From a virus, in IMG/VR virus record IMGVR_UViG_3300046467_000379, positions 2,942 to 66,941 of that record: DNA of 64,000 nucleotides; one strand, 5' to 3'. The notes below the pieces were generated by a model. That model did no database searches and had not been told where the DNA came from. It saw only the letters and a list, made by a program, of their open reading frames with translations. Positions 26,736 to 37,247 of this stretch are shown piece by piece; the first letter of the stretch is position 1; every line of letters begins with the position of its first letter. A program made the position numbers and the translations under genes.

Positions 26736-29700
26736 TTCCCTCCAATACTTCTATTCTAGCCTTTAATTCTTTAACGGCCCCGATTAATGGTGCAATCAAC
26801 TGAGTATAACTTAAACCTCTGGGATTGGGTACTTCAGCTTCAGTCCCATCAGGGTCTATTACTTGAGTAACAGTTTCTGTATCAGGCAAATCAATTAAAT
26901 TAAACTTAGTTTTATCTATATTCAATCCTGTTAAGGCTTCTTCTACTTCTTGGGCCACTAAGCCATAATTAATTACGTCTATAGTCTCTCCAGCATTATC
27001 TAACCGTTTATAACTTCTTGGACGTAAGCTATCAATAAAGGCTAATGAATTAGCGTTTGTTAAATCTTGAATATCTGTTTTAATTCTAGAATCTGACCCC
27101 TCTGTTAGTGTATTACAGTATACGACTGCCCATTTATAGCTACTGCTTCCTGAATTATAGAAGTTATTAATATACGGAATTACGCTAGTTCGCATCTCAA
27201 TTGTATTACCGCTAATATCGTTTATTCCAGTTAGGGTAACTAAACCAGCAGTAATATCTAAACTAGAGCTATGGGTATGCCCACCGCTGCCGTGCGTACC
27301 GTGGTTATCTGGGTCTTGCCACGTTGCTTGACCAGCAGAACCACTATACACTAAGAGTTGATTAGCTGACCCATTAATAGGAAGGTGATAACTTCCATTA
27401 GCAACAAGATGGTCAATGGTTTGGGTGTGGGTTCCAGAGGAGGTGTTCTGGTCACCTGATAAATGTGTTCCCGCTGTAATATTAACACCTTCAATATCCC
27501 CAACGTGTTCATCTGTAATAGTAATAGTTTTAGTTGACCCCGTACCTGAAGCAGTTACACCATTACCTACGAAGTTAATTGTTGTAGCTGCTGTCGCTAA
27601 AGAGGAGCCTTCCTCTTGTACAGTTAAACTACTACCATTAGCAGCTACATAAGCTATAATAGCTGCCTCTGTCGCTAGTTTAGTGTGTACACCAGAACCT
27701 GAACTACTAATAGTTTGCAAAAAAGCATTGGGGCCAGTAATAGAGCCAACACTATCAGTGAAGCCAGCATCAGCACTACTTATAACTAGCTTAGTTGATA
27801 GTAGCTCTATATTTACCAGACTCATCAAAGGACTATTTGCGGCAGTAGCCCCTGAACCTGATGCTACAAGAATTAACGCCCGTCCGGTGGCGATTCCTGC
27901 TTGATTACCACGATATAGGGTGGTATAACTCTCCTCCCCACTAGAGGGGTTATGTCGCCAGTTAATACTTCTAGCTGTGGTTTCGGCTGCTGCTCCGAAA
28001 GCAATTCCATCTGCACCTAAAACAATGCTGCTGCTAGTCCCTGCTACAGTAATGGTACCATCTATTGCTAATGTACTAGCAGAGTTATCCCAAGCAAATT
28101 TATCTCCTAAGGAAAAATCTCCAGCTGTACCAGCATGACTGTTCCCATCACTTCCATCTACCCCCCTAACAAAAAATGGGGTGTCATCATCGTTAAAATT
28201 ACCTGTTCCCATATGAAAGGTAGAGGCAGTTACTGCTAACCCACCTATTGTTCCAGATTCAGCACCAGCTACTAATCGTATATTTGCTGTAGTATCTGAA
28301 TTTAACCCACCATTACTATTAATCTCAGAAGCATAAGTAAAGTTTAACTGACTGACGGAAAGGGTACCATCTTGTACTTTAGCGGCATTAATAGCATCAT
28401 CAGCTATTTTAGCTCTCTCTACCGCTAAATCCTCTAACAACTCCGCTTTAATTGAAGCTACGTCTATGATTGCCCCAGCTTCATTTTTCAGTGGGATTGT
28501 TCCATTTACTTCAGTATGATTAAGCCAAATGTTGGGCTGTAAGCGAATGGTAGGCTTCGTTATTCCCGCAGTATTAGTAGCGATTACATGGAGTATGGGT
28601 ATATTATCGGAGTCTCTTGTATACGTCCCAACACGTTTTGTATATAGATGATAGGTTCCTTCTGCACCTAGATTTTCTCCTTCGGGGTCTAAATATACAA
28701 TATAATGTTGGTTAGCTACCATGTTAGCACCCAGGCCATACGTACCAACAGCAGTAGACCCTGCGGCAAATTTGAAGACTCTACCGTCAACTAACCTCAC
28801 GGTACCCGCACTCCATGTAGCTTTCAATGCTGTCTGTGCTTCTGAGCCATTGGGTATAGTGACAACCACCTCACCAAAAAGGCTTCCTAGAGCCTGTGGT
28901 TGGAGAATTTGAGTTTTTTCTCTTACGCCTAAAGCTGTTTGGGCAATTTGGGATATTAACCCGCTAACTCTATGTCCCCCACCTAATCTACTTTCATTCT
29001 TACCAATAGAAGACACCCTACTTTCAGGGATTGGGTCTTCATTATATGCAATCTTAGATATAATGTGTTCCCCATAAACCTCTGCTATAACGTTATCCAG
29101 AAAGACTTCAGTTCCTGCCCGAAGCGGAACTATAATTCGTATGGGGTCACCCACAGCAAAGCTTCGCACTACGCCAGCGTCGGATGAAGAGGAAGCATCT
29201 AAAGTAGTCCCTGCACTATTCCGCACTTGTAAATTAATTGCAAATGATGTGTTACTCTCCATGTCTCCAATATAACCATAAACATCTAGACCACCATGCT
29301 GTGCAATGGCAGCATGATTGGCAGTCATTTTATGTACAAGCATTCCTTCTCGTACCCCAAAGTTTGTGATGTTTACAGCTGCTGACCCATTTATATTTTT
29401 AACCGTTATGTCTTGTCCAGCACCAGATGCCGTTGCTGTGGCTATAGAATGTACCAAACCATCCCACCAATAATAGGGGGCTTTAGAAAAAGAATATGAG
29501 CCTTGACGTAATCCCGTGGTAGCTTGAGCTAATCTAGAAGCAATCTCTGTCCGTAAATCTGTGGGGTCTTCATCATTCATCAGCCCCATATCTATAACTT
29601 TATGCGCTCCCCATACTTTGGAGGGGCGTCCTTCATGGGCTTCTGTTAGCCCCACTGCAAGATTTAACCTACATTTTGCCCCACTGACAGCCCCCCTTAA

Positions 29701-31509
29701 TTCAACATAAGTATCAGAACCATAATTAGAAGAAGGGAAGGTAGATTTAATATCTGACAATAATATGTATGCAAAGTTTGTACTGCCTGTTAATGTACTA
29801 TGGCTTTGATATTGAATTCTGGCTACGTCATCTAATTGTTTTACCCCCGAAGCATTATAAACATCTATATATTCTGCTGTATTAGTTGTTGCTGCTGTAC
29901 TTTGATGGTCAGCAGATATATTACGTCCGTCCCAATGGAACGATGTATTAGTGTCTGGGCTAGTACCAAGAGCAACCTCTGTTACATACATAATCTCCAG
30001 CCGCTTTTGGGTAAAGTGCGGAGTATTAGTCTCATGGATGCCACTTGCAAGTTTATCATCCTTTGCGTTATTGTACGAAAGGACAGCTTCTGTAGCTAAA
30101 TCTTCTTTGCTATCTTCAAAATTAAAACCACTTTGCATAATAGTTTGAGCGGAACGTGGGTTACTAATAACGGCATTCACACTATGAGAAGCAGCGGTTG
30201 TAGAGGCGTATCCCCTAAGAACCTCTAGTTCATCCCCAGCACCACCACCAGTGACATCTGGCATAACTTGCTTCACATACATATATTCGCTGTCAATCTG
30301 AATTTGGTCACCAGCAACAATCCCATTATTAACAACTTCAAACGTAGTTACAGAAGCATTAAGACTTTCTGATATCTCTCCTACATTTGTTGCGGTAGTC
30401 CCCACCCTAGCTGCGGTTGTAAGAGTAGGATATTTAACTGTTAAACCATATACCGCTGCGTCTTGCCCAGCCCCTCCCGCAGCAGACAAACGATTACCAC
30501 GTTTAAAATAATTAAAGTGGGAAGCATTAAAGCCTGTAACACCTGGGCCAATTGTAGCATTGAGATTATTTTTACCATAGTTAGCGTCTACGAAGAAATC
30601 GTAGCCAAAAGCTCTTTCACTTGTATTACTAGCGTGGGGGTCTAACATAGCCCACCTAGCAATCTCAGCCAATAGATGTTTAGTTCCAGTCATTTCAGCA
30701 TTCCATTTGATGTCCCCACGAAAGTCTGTGGCAGACTTTTCAAATCGAGAATGTTGATTGGTTGCAGTACTAGTACCAATATCCTCATTAGTTAATATAC
30801 CACTAGGACTATTCGCAATAGTCGTGACGTTACTATTAGCAATCGGAACATTCACACCAGGGCCAGCATCAGGCTGATTTCCTTCATAATTAGTGGCTAA
30901 ATTTAACATGTATTTAATTAAATCACTACGCCCATAGCTAGTACTAAATGTTGCACTTTTAACTAAAGCAGAAGTAGTAATATTAGCAATATCGTTTAAT
31001 GCGTCCAGTGCTTCCAATTGAATAATAGAACCATTACCGTCTTCATACCGTTTTGTAATTTTGGAGAGTCTACCAGCAAAAAGAACCAGATGACTTTCTA
31101 AATCAACTATGCGTACATGTTGGAATTCATAGAAGAAGTTTGTAAAAACGCCCCAACGTTTCCGTAAATAAACCTCACCATCGTCAAGGGTGCCTGGATA
31201 TGAAGGATAGTCGGGAATTTCCATCCCATCACTATCTTTATACACATGCTTATAAACATCTGTATTGTAAGCTTTAAAATCTTGGGGACGGTTTGTTATA
31301 CGCATAGTAGCATACATACTACTAAATATTCTATCGGAAAGATTTACACTTTCTAAAGCATTTCCACGCCGTTGATTCGTAGCTATATTTTCATGTGTTT
31401 CACAGGCCACCCATCGGGCAGGCTCATATAACCCTGCCAACGTTCCATCTGCGTTCACAATCCGAATTTTCGGTTTCCATACTTCTAGTCTACATTTAGG
31501 TGATGCCAT
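26728..31509 (-). CDS. Tail tip/hub-central fibre protein with C-terminal intramolecular chaperone (peptidase S74)
   Basis: 1593 aa after the Dit-like gene; N-terminal LFAGRLSKI..LEALD hub motif; C-terminal SDSRIKTDIQDL..YGLVAQEVE..LSYTQLIAPLIGAVKEL. Confidence 0.82.
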   Translation of the reverse strand: MASPKCRLEVWKPKIRIVNADGTLAGLYEPARWVACETHENIATNQRRGNALESVNLSDRIFSSMYATMRITNRPQDFKAYNTDVYKHVYKDSDGMEIPDYPSYPGTLDDGEVYLRKRWGVFTNFFYEFQHVRIVDLESHLVLFAGRLSKITKRYEDGNGSIIQLEALDALNDIANITTSALVKSATFSTSYGRSDLIKYMLNLATNYEGNQPDAGPGVNVPIANSNVTTIANSPSGILTNEDIGTSTATNQHSRFEKSATDFRGDIKWNAEMTGTKHLLAEIARWAMLDPHASNTSERAFGYDFFVDANYGKNNLNATIGPGVTGFNASHFNYFKRGNRLSAAGGAGQDAAVYGLTVKYPTLTTAARVGTTATNVGEISESLNASVTTFEVVNNGIVAGDQIQIDSEYMYVKQVMPDVTGGGAGDELEVLRGYASTTAASHSVNAVISNPRSAQTIMQSGFNFEDSKEDLATEAVLSYNNAKDDKLASGIHETNTPHFTQKRLEIMYVTEVALGTSPDTNTSFHWDGRNISADHQSTAATTNTAEYIDVYNASGVKQLDDVARIQYQSHSTLTGSTNFAYILLSDIKSTFPSSNYGSDTYVELRGAVSGAKCRLNLAVGLTEAHEGRPSKVWGAHKVIDMGLMNDEDPTDLRTEIASRLAQATTGLRQGSYSFSKAPYYWWDGLVHSIATATASGAGQDITVKNINGSAAVNITNFGVREGMLVHKMTANHAAIAQHGGLDVYGYIGDMESNTSFAINLQVRNSAGTTLDASSSSDAGVVRSFAVGDPIRIIVPLRAGTEVFLDNVIAEVYGEHIISKIAYNEDPIPESRVSSIGKNESRLGGGHRVSGLISQIAQTALGVREKTQILQPQALGSLFGEVVVTIPNGSEAQTALKATWSAGTVRLVDGRVFKFAAGSTAVGTYGLGANMVANQHYIVYLDPEGENLGAEGTYHLYTKRVGTYTRDSDNIPILHVIATNTAGITKPTIRLQPNIWLNHTEVNGTIPLKNEAGAIIDVASIKAELLEDLAVERAKIADDAINAAKVQDGTLSVSQLNFTYASEINSNGGLNSDTTANIRLVAGAESGTIGGLAVTASTFHMGTGNFNDDDTPFFVRGVDGSDGNSHAGTAGDFSLGDKFAWDNSASTLAIDGTITVAGTSSSIVLGADGIAFGAAAETTARSINWRHNPSSGEESYTTLYRGNQAGIATGRALILVASGSGATAANSPLMSLVNIELLSTKLVISSADAGFTDSVGSITGPNAFLQTISSSGSGVHTKLATEAAIIAYVAANGSSLTVQEEGSSLATAATTINFVGNGVTASGTGSTKTITITDEHVGDIEGVNITAGTHLSGDQNTSSGTHTQTIDHLVANGSYHLPINGSANQLLVYSGSAGQATWQDPDNHGTHGSGGHTHSSSLDITAGLVTLTGINDISGNTIEMRTSVIPYINNFYNSGSSSYKWAVVYCNTLTEGSDSRIKTDIQDLTNANSLAFIDSLRPRSYKRLDNAGETIDVINYGLVAQEVEEALTGLNIDKTKFNLIDLPDTETVTQVIDPDGTEAEVPNPRGLSYTQLIAPLIGAVKELKARIEVLEGNV

Positions 31510-31520
31510 TTATATTTCTC

Positions 31521-32162
31521 CTACGCTGCTGATGGAGTATCTATTCTACTAGTTGCTACAAATTGAAGAGAAAAATCATACCTATCTTCTTTTGCGGCAT
31601 TCAATGAAAATCTGCCCTGTTGAATAGCTACATCATAAATTGCTCCTCCAGTCGCGTGTTGATTCGCCACACTAAATCGTTGTACTGGGGAGCCTGCGCC
31701 AGATGTACCCAGATATCCCCCATATGAAGAAATTGGATACTTGGCATCTCCGATTTCTAGTTGTATAGTTTGACTTCCTCCTAAGAATAGCCAGTTAGCC
31801 ACCGCCTCTTCTAAAGCATTCTTATAAGGAATGTAATAGGTTTGAGCAGAGCCGCTCCCACCATCAGAAAAAATGGTTGACGCTGATGCGGCACCACGGG
31901 TATAGGTAATGGATTCCATTCCTGCAAACCCAAGAGTAGTGTTGGAGGAGTCACCCCCAACGGTATCTACTAAACCTGTCACAGTAATAGACGGCCTATA
32001 AAAACCCAAGTCAATAATTTCAGGGCTTTGTTGAGCAATGGGAATTTGGATTGGTGTTCTAGCATAGGAAATAGCTACGTCATTACATTTTAATGCGTAT
32101 TTTATGGTTGCTGTTGCGTGATTCCCATTTCTTAATAAGACTGCTAATGATGGGTCTGCCAT
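31521..32162 (-). CDS. Distal tail (Dit-like) protein
   Basis: Directly after the tape measure; IDLG..PSITVTG..YDFSLQF pattern. Confidence 0.6.
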   Translation of the reverse strand: MADPSLAVLLRNGNHATATIKYALKCNDVAISYARTPIQIPIAQQSPEIIDLGFYRPSITVTGLVDTVGGDSSNTTLGFAGMESITYTRGAASASTIFSDGGSGSAQTYYIPYKNALEEAVANWLFLGGSQTIQLEIGDAKYPISSYGGYLGTSGAGSPVQRFSVANQHATGGAIYDVAIQQGRFSLNAAKEDRYDFSLQFVATSRIDTPSAA

Positions 32163-32188
32163 TTAACACCCTCCTTTATTCCTAAATC

Positions 32189-34420
32189 TTACCACGGGAC
32201 ATCCATCGTTGCATCATGCCCATCTATTTTAATTTGTAAATGGCTTGACGTTGACGCTACCCCTTGTCTATAAGCGTCCAATAATTCTCTCGATAATGCT
32301 TCCTGTTCTTTATTCTGGTCACCCATTGCCCCCCAAAGGGCAGTCATTTGTGCTGTCGATGTAGCAGCTGAAATGGGCATCCCTGCTAACCCAAAAGCCC
32401 CTGCTCCCGTACTAACAGTACCTAATGCCATTTGGGTGAAGATATTTCCAGCCTTTGTTTGATTCATATAACCAGCTAATGCAGTGGTTGTACCAGCATT
32501 AATCATATCAATATCACCCTTGCTCCGCATGTACCCTTCTGCCCATCCTATGGGATTCCATTTACTTCGTTTTGTATGCTCTTCTTCACCAAAAGCTTGA
32601 CGTATATCATTAATGCCAGACATTCTTCCTAGAGTATTCATTGCTGCTTCGGTGTTTTCCTTTGGGATAACCCAACCCATGTCTGACCTAAATATCTTGT
32701 TAACTCCATAGGCTGTCTCCATAACTCCAACAGCTGCTCCAATAATAGGTAAAGCTCTTAACAAAGAATTTTTAACTAGGTTCACACTTCCTCTAAGGGC
32801 AACTTTGGTTGCTGATGATGCTGGTAATTCATTTATCAACTTCAAAATACCTGATGCTTTCGTGTTTGTCTCTGTTATAAGGGCTTTTGCACGGCCTGGA
32901 ACAGAAAGTATGTCCTTCAAACCTTTTAATTTGTCTTTCACCCAAGAAGTAAAAGTAAAGATTTTTATTTTTACTTTAGTTAGTTTACTTGAGCTTCCTC
33001 CTGCCATGTCATCGGCATTATTGACTGAGCTTGGTATTTCCTTACCAAATGGGTCAAACAACCCACTACCCCTTGGCCTTACCGTTGGAACGTCTGGCCC
33101 CCCAATACTCGGTACGACAGGAGTTCTCCCAAACCCCAAGTCCTTTAGCATGTTTCCTTTCCACTCACCCATAGCTGCACCCAAAGCATTTTTTGGGCTT
33201 TGCCCTCTAGCAACTTGTCCAATAAACGCTTCTTGAGAAAAGGGATTAATTTGTTGGGCAATTCCCCTTACAATTCCTAGTGCCACCTTACCAGGGGCCA
33301 AACCTAAGTTTCCTACCCTACCCACACCACGTGTGATGAGGTTCTTAATTTTCAGCCCAGCAACAGCGGTTGTAGATACCCCTACCGCAAGCAAAGATGT
33401 TTTCAGCACAACGCCGAAATCATCAAACATCTCTTTCATTGCGGCTGGGGCACTACTAATCGTCTCCGTTAGCTTTTTATCCTCCTTCTCATAAGGGGCA
33501 TCCCAATTTATTGGGTTACTAGCAGTCCCCCTAGTGGGGTCTGGCGTATGGGTTGGGTCACTTCTGGGAGTGCCAAAAGCGGTATCATTGAAGCTCCCTT
33601 CATTATTTGCCTGGTCGAAAGCATTACTATTTGCCGCTTGTTTTTTAGGGGATGCACCATTCCACGTTGGTATATCAAGCTTCCAGATGCTTTTACCCCC
33701 TAAAGTAGCATTCCACAGGTTCCGAAATATATCATGCCAAGTGTCCCACGAAAACAGAGACGTTATCCCGCTTATTATCTTGCCTGGCGCAGCCTTAATT
33801 ACGTCTAACATAGGTTGCAAGACGGAATCTTTCCACCACGTTGCACTCCCCATGTTTTTAATCCCATTCCAAATGTCTTCGCCCTTAGCTTTCAGCCAAT
33901 CATATCCCTTTACCGTCCAGTCCTTAATCTTAATACCCACACCAATAATTTTCATAATGGTACTGCCTACAAAACCGAAGAAGGCTCTGGATAAACGTCC
34001 CATTGTAGGAATTTGACGGGCAAACCAACGCATTAATGGCATTAATACTGGCTTGATTAACGGAGCCAGCATTACGTCTACCATAGCACCAAAAATCTGG
34101 AAGAAGGCACCAACAGTACTTGTGAAAACTTGAGATTGTTTTAAGACGCCAGCCAACCCCATTTGAATGCCTAGGGTCTTAAACATCTTAGTCCACCATT
34201 TAGGCTGGTCTTTGGCGAAACCTAAGGCCTTTACATTGGCATCCTTAATAGTTTTCTGTATCCCCCGCGCTTCCCGTTCCCCCGCAGCAGAGCCAGCATT
34301 CCCATTGCTGCCCCCACCACCAGCGAGTCCAGAACCTAAAGAGGGGCTTCCACCAGCCATGCTTGCGGCCTGGTTAGCCCCCTCAATTATTAGTTTACCA
34401 AGTATGTTTTCAGCAGCCAT
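32189..34420 (-). CDS. Tape measure protein (short, 743 aa)
   Basis: Follows the frameshifted chaperone pair; A/G-rich amphipathic helices with periodic Trp; C-terminal LQIKIDG. Confidence 0.78.
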   Translation of the reverse strand: MAAENILGKLIIEGANQAASMAGGSPSLGSGLAGGGGSNGNAGSAAGEREARGIQKTIKDANVKALGFAKDQPKWWTKMFKTLGIQMGLAGVLKQSQVFTSTVGAFFQIFGAMVDVMLAPLIKPVLMPLMRWFARQIPTMGRLSRAFFGFVGSTIMKIIGVGIKIKDWTVKGYDWLKAKGEDIWNGIKNMGSATWWKDSVLQPMLDVIKAAPGKIISGITSLFSWDTWHDIFRNLWNATLGGKSIWKLDIPTWNGASPKKQAANSNAFDQANNEGSFNDTAFGTPRSDPTHTPDPTRGTASNPINWDAPYEKEDKKLTETISSAPAAMKEMFDDFGVVLKTSLLAVGVSTTAVAGLKIKNLITRGVGRVGNLGLAPGKVALGIVRGIAQQINPFSQEAFIGQVARGQSPKNALGAAMGEWKGNMLKDLGFGRTPVVPSIGGPDVPTVRPRGSGLFDPFGKEIPSSVNNADDMAGGSSSKLTKVKIKIFTFTSWVKDKLKGLKDILSVPGRAKALITETNTKASGILKLINELPASSATKVALRGSVNLVKNSLLRALPIIGAAVGVMETAYGVNKIFRSDMGWVIPKENTEAAMNTLGRMSGINDIRQAFGEEEHTKRSKWNPIGWAEGYMRSKGDIDMINAGTTTALAGYMNQTKAGNIFTQMALGTVSTGAGAFGLAGMPISAATSTAQMTALWGAMGDQNKEQEALSRELLDAYRQGVASTSSHLQIKIDGHDATMDVPW

Positions 34421-34424
34421 TTAG

Positions 34425-35092
34425 TTATCCTTTCGCATTTAACTCATGTTCCCGTTCTGCTTTAGCCATCATTAGGGCTAATACTAAGGATACTTCAGCG
34501 GGTAACATTTGCTCTATATAATCCCACGGTATACCTTTTTCTAACAACGTTAAAAGAACTGTCCAATGATTATATAGGTGGGCTTCATTTTGAGAAATAT
34601 CACCTAAGTCTTTATAAAAGAGCGTTATTCGTCTTTTAAATTTTCAATGTCATCCATCTCTCCTGTCCCAAAAGCTTGAGGTACAATACTTTCTAAGGCA
34701 CTTCCCAACCTCTCATCAATCGACAACAAAAATAACTCCGTAGTTTTTCCCCACGGAGCGTCTACTAACATTTCTTTTAAAGATTCTCTAACATAGGAAT
34801 CCCCGTCAAATTTAGCCCCACCCTCGGTATCCCAAGCCATTGCTTTAGAGAGAATTTGATTCCTCTTACTCCATGATAGAGGACGAACTGTTACCGTAAA
34901 CTCAGCCCCATCCAATTCTATAGTACGTATTTCTGTTTTATTAGCAATACGATATTTATTGAAGTCAAATTCTTTTTTAGGTTTGTTGAGAGAAAGGGGA
35001 AGGGAGTCTTCCAATTCTTCTCTCTGTTCCTCTTCTTCCTCCGTTAACATATCTAATGACGGGCCACTAGCCCCTTTTCTTTTATTTGCCAT
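34425..35092 (-). CDS. Tail assembly chaperone gpGT, produced by programmed -1 frameshift
   Basis: Overlapping slippery heptamers A AAT TTA and T TTA AAA at 34643-34634; the -1 frame stays open to TAA at 34425, 5 nt before the TMP start. Confidence 0.8.
34625..35092 (-). CDS. Tail assembly chaperone gpG
   Basis: Between tail tube and TMP; TIELDGAEFTVTVRPLSW motif. Confidence 0.78.
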   Translation of the reverse strand: MANKRKGASGPSLDMLTEEEEEQREELEDSLPLSLNKPKKEFDFNKYRIANKTEIRTIELDGAEFTVTVRPLSWSKRNQILSKAMAWDTEGGAKFDGDSYVRESLKEMLVDAPWGKTTELFLLSIDERLGSALESIVPQAFGTGEMDDIENLKDE

Positions 35093-35101
35093 ACTTTCCT
35101 C

Positions 35102-36760
35102 CTACGGGTAATAATAAAGACTATCTGTCACCAATATTTTTGCATTCCTTACTAAGATATCAGCATCTACTTGAACTGGGTTATCTCCTGTTATACCATG
35201 TGGGGCAGACCTAAAGAAGGCTCCCTGTTCATTACCACCTGTTGCAGCTGTACCATCATCAGGTATGGTAATCGTAATAGAATCATTTGTTCCTCTAGTA
35301 AATGATAACACAATATTAAACCCCTGCATACCACTTCCAAAATCTCCCTCAGTTAGGAATTCTTTGAAAATAGTGTTTCCAGAAGCCCCAGCAGCGGCTT
35401 GAGAATCAGGCAACGCTAAGGTTACTCCTAATGTATACTCTCTGCGTTGTTCTCTAATTTCAGTTGGCCCTCGTTTATTTCCCTGTCTCCGTTGGATATA
35501 GTATCGCGGTTCTTCTCCGTTAGATACACCCAAACTAAAGGAGCGAACTCTAGCCACCTCTACCCCAAACATGGTCACACTCCCCTGAGAGAAGAAATAA
35601 GGGTTGCTTGTTGGGAAATCTACGTTAGCCGCCGTAATACTTTGCATTAAACCGGCATGAGGCACTATTGCCGAACTACTACTAGAGTTACCCTGCATCT
35701 GATTATGCTTAAATCCTTGGAAGTTCACACCATCCCAAGACATATTCAGCATTCCTCCCTCATCTGCTGCAAGAGTAGCTGACCCTATCAGACCCCCAAA
35801 ATACGTCCTGTCGAAGTCATTGGCGGCAGTTTCTCCGCTATCCCGCATATGCACATGCCACGATACAGTATCCAAATCTACTTGTTCAAATATATGGTGG
35901 TCATACGTTATGCCTGTAGCTGCTACAGTTTTAATTTGAGTAGTTCCTGACCCTGCTGCTGCATGAGCATAAGTTAACGGATAATCTAATTGTAGCGTTA
36001 GGGTACTTATAGCCACAATCTTACGCACCTCAGAGACACTGGTAGCCACTGGAGAAGCAGCCTCGTCTATAGCTATCAATCCACCCACCGCCAACGTGGG
36101 GCTAGTGATGGCTGCAACAGTAATAAACACATCCCCTTTTCTTGCCTCAGCAGTTAGATACGTACCAGCAGAACTGGTACTAGCCTTAGTTACTACCTTT
36201 CCAAAGGGATAACGCAACGCCCGTCCATTTAGAAGAACAAAACCACTGACAGAGCCTGTAAAAGCCTGTTGACCCTTATATACTGCAAAGAAGTCACGTT
36301 TTGACTGAGTACCTAAGAAATAACGGGGTTCCAGAGTTGGAGTCATGTCTGGTACTTCAACAGTATCATATACCCCAGGAATCTGATTCATATAAATATC
36401 AGCAGCGGTAGTAATAATAGCTGTTACTACTTGAATATTGGTATTATCTGGGTGGAAAAAGGCCGTAGGAGCATCGAGAAACAAGGTCGTTCCTTCAACT
36501 AATTCTACTCGTCGCACTTCAGATTCAGCCGTTGTCCCACTTCCTGCAACTTCGGGGCCAATTTGAATATCTTCATTAGCGGTAATACCCGACATGGCAT
36601 CTACAGTCATTTTCGTAGACCCCGCAGGCAATCCCGCAGCCATATTCAGAACAGCAGCCCCTGTGCCATCGGTTACATCACTAGCTAATTCGGGGTATCC
36701 CCCAGGCGCAGCTTCAGGGCCAAAAGTTAGTTGTGCTTGGTCACTTCGATATACAGCCAT
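35102..36760 (-). CDS. Major tail (tube) protein with two inserted beta-barrel domains
   Basis: Follows the tail terminator; PYFFSQGSV..VRSFSLGVSN..REYTLGVTL tube motifs. Confidence 0.78.
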   Translation of the reverse strand: MAVYRSDQAQLTFGPEAAPGGYPELASDVTDGTGAAVLNMAAGLPAGSTKMTVDAMSGITANEDIQIGPEVAGSGTTAESEVRRVELVEGTTLFLDAPTAFFHPDNTNIQVVTAIITTAADIYMNQIPGVYDTVEVPDMTPTLEPRYFLGTQSKRDFFAVYKGQQAFTGSVSGFVLLNGRALRYPFGKVVTKASTSSAGTYLTAEARKGDVFITVAAITSPTLAVGGLIAIDEAASPVATSVSEVRKIVAISTLTLQLDYPLTYAHAAAGSGTTQIKTVAATGITYDHHIFEQVDLDTVSWHVHMRDSGETAANDFDRTYFGGLIGSATLAADEGGMLNMSWDGVNFQGFKHNQMQGNSSSSSAIVPHAGLMQSITAANVDFPTSNPYFFSQGSVTMFGVEVARVRSFSLGVSNGEEPRYYIQRRQGNKRGPTEIREQRREYTLGVTLALPDSQAAAGASGNTIFKEFLTEGDFGSGMQGFNIVLSFTRGTNDSITITIPDDGTAATGGNEQGAFFRSAPHGITGDNPVQVDADILVRNAKILVTDSLYYYP

Positions 36761-36785
36761 TATTGTCCTCCATCATAGAGCATAT

Positions 36786-36799
36786 ATTATATTATACTC
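36786..36799 (-). promoter_or_regulatory. Putative late promoter AGTATAATATA upstream of the tail tube gene
   Basis: Copy of the repeated motif. Confidence 0.55.
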
Positions 36800-36803
36800 T
36801 GGT

Positions 36804-37247
36804 TTACGTAGTTTCTAAAAGAATTGCACTGTTTTCTAGTTGAATATTAACTAGGCCTGACCAAACATTAACTTGTTGTTGGGTCAATTCCTGAAAGTTT
36901 ACAAAACGAATACGTTGAAAATTTGTTAGGCTGTGCATCCTGGCATGACAGAGTTTACGTATTTCTCGTATTAAGTCATACAATCTTTGACGATTTCCAT
37001 TTGTATGTATCTCTAATTCTATATTATACAACCTATTTCCATATACCCAATTCCCTATGGGAACCTCATCTACTGCGGGATTACCTGGCCTTCCTACTAC
37101 TACATCCTTTACATTCAAATCATAACGTAATGGGTCATTAGTACTTCCTGTCACTTCAATAAATCTAGGCTCAACCACATTAGACGCATTCCATTGCGTA
37201 TCAAAGTCATCTAGTAATTCTTTTACTGGTAACGGCTCTGCTGGCAT
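36804..37247 (-). CDS. Tail terminator / neck protein
   Basis: 147 aa between adaptor and tube; IELEIHT..RQRLYDLIREIRKL. Confidence 0.62.
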   Translation of the reverse strand: MPAEPLPVKELLDDFDTQWNASNVVEPRFIEVTGSTNDPLRYDLNVKDVVVGRPGNPAVDEVPIGNWVYGNRLYNIELEIHTNGNRQRLYDLIREIRKLCHARMHSLTNFQRIRFVNFQELTQQQVNVWSGLVNIQLENSAILLETT

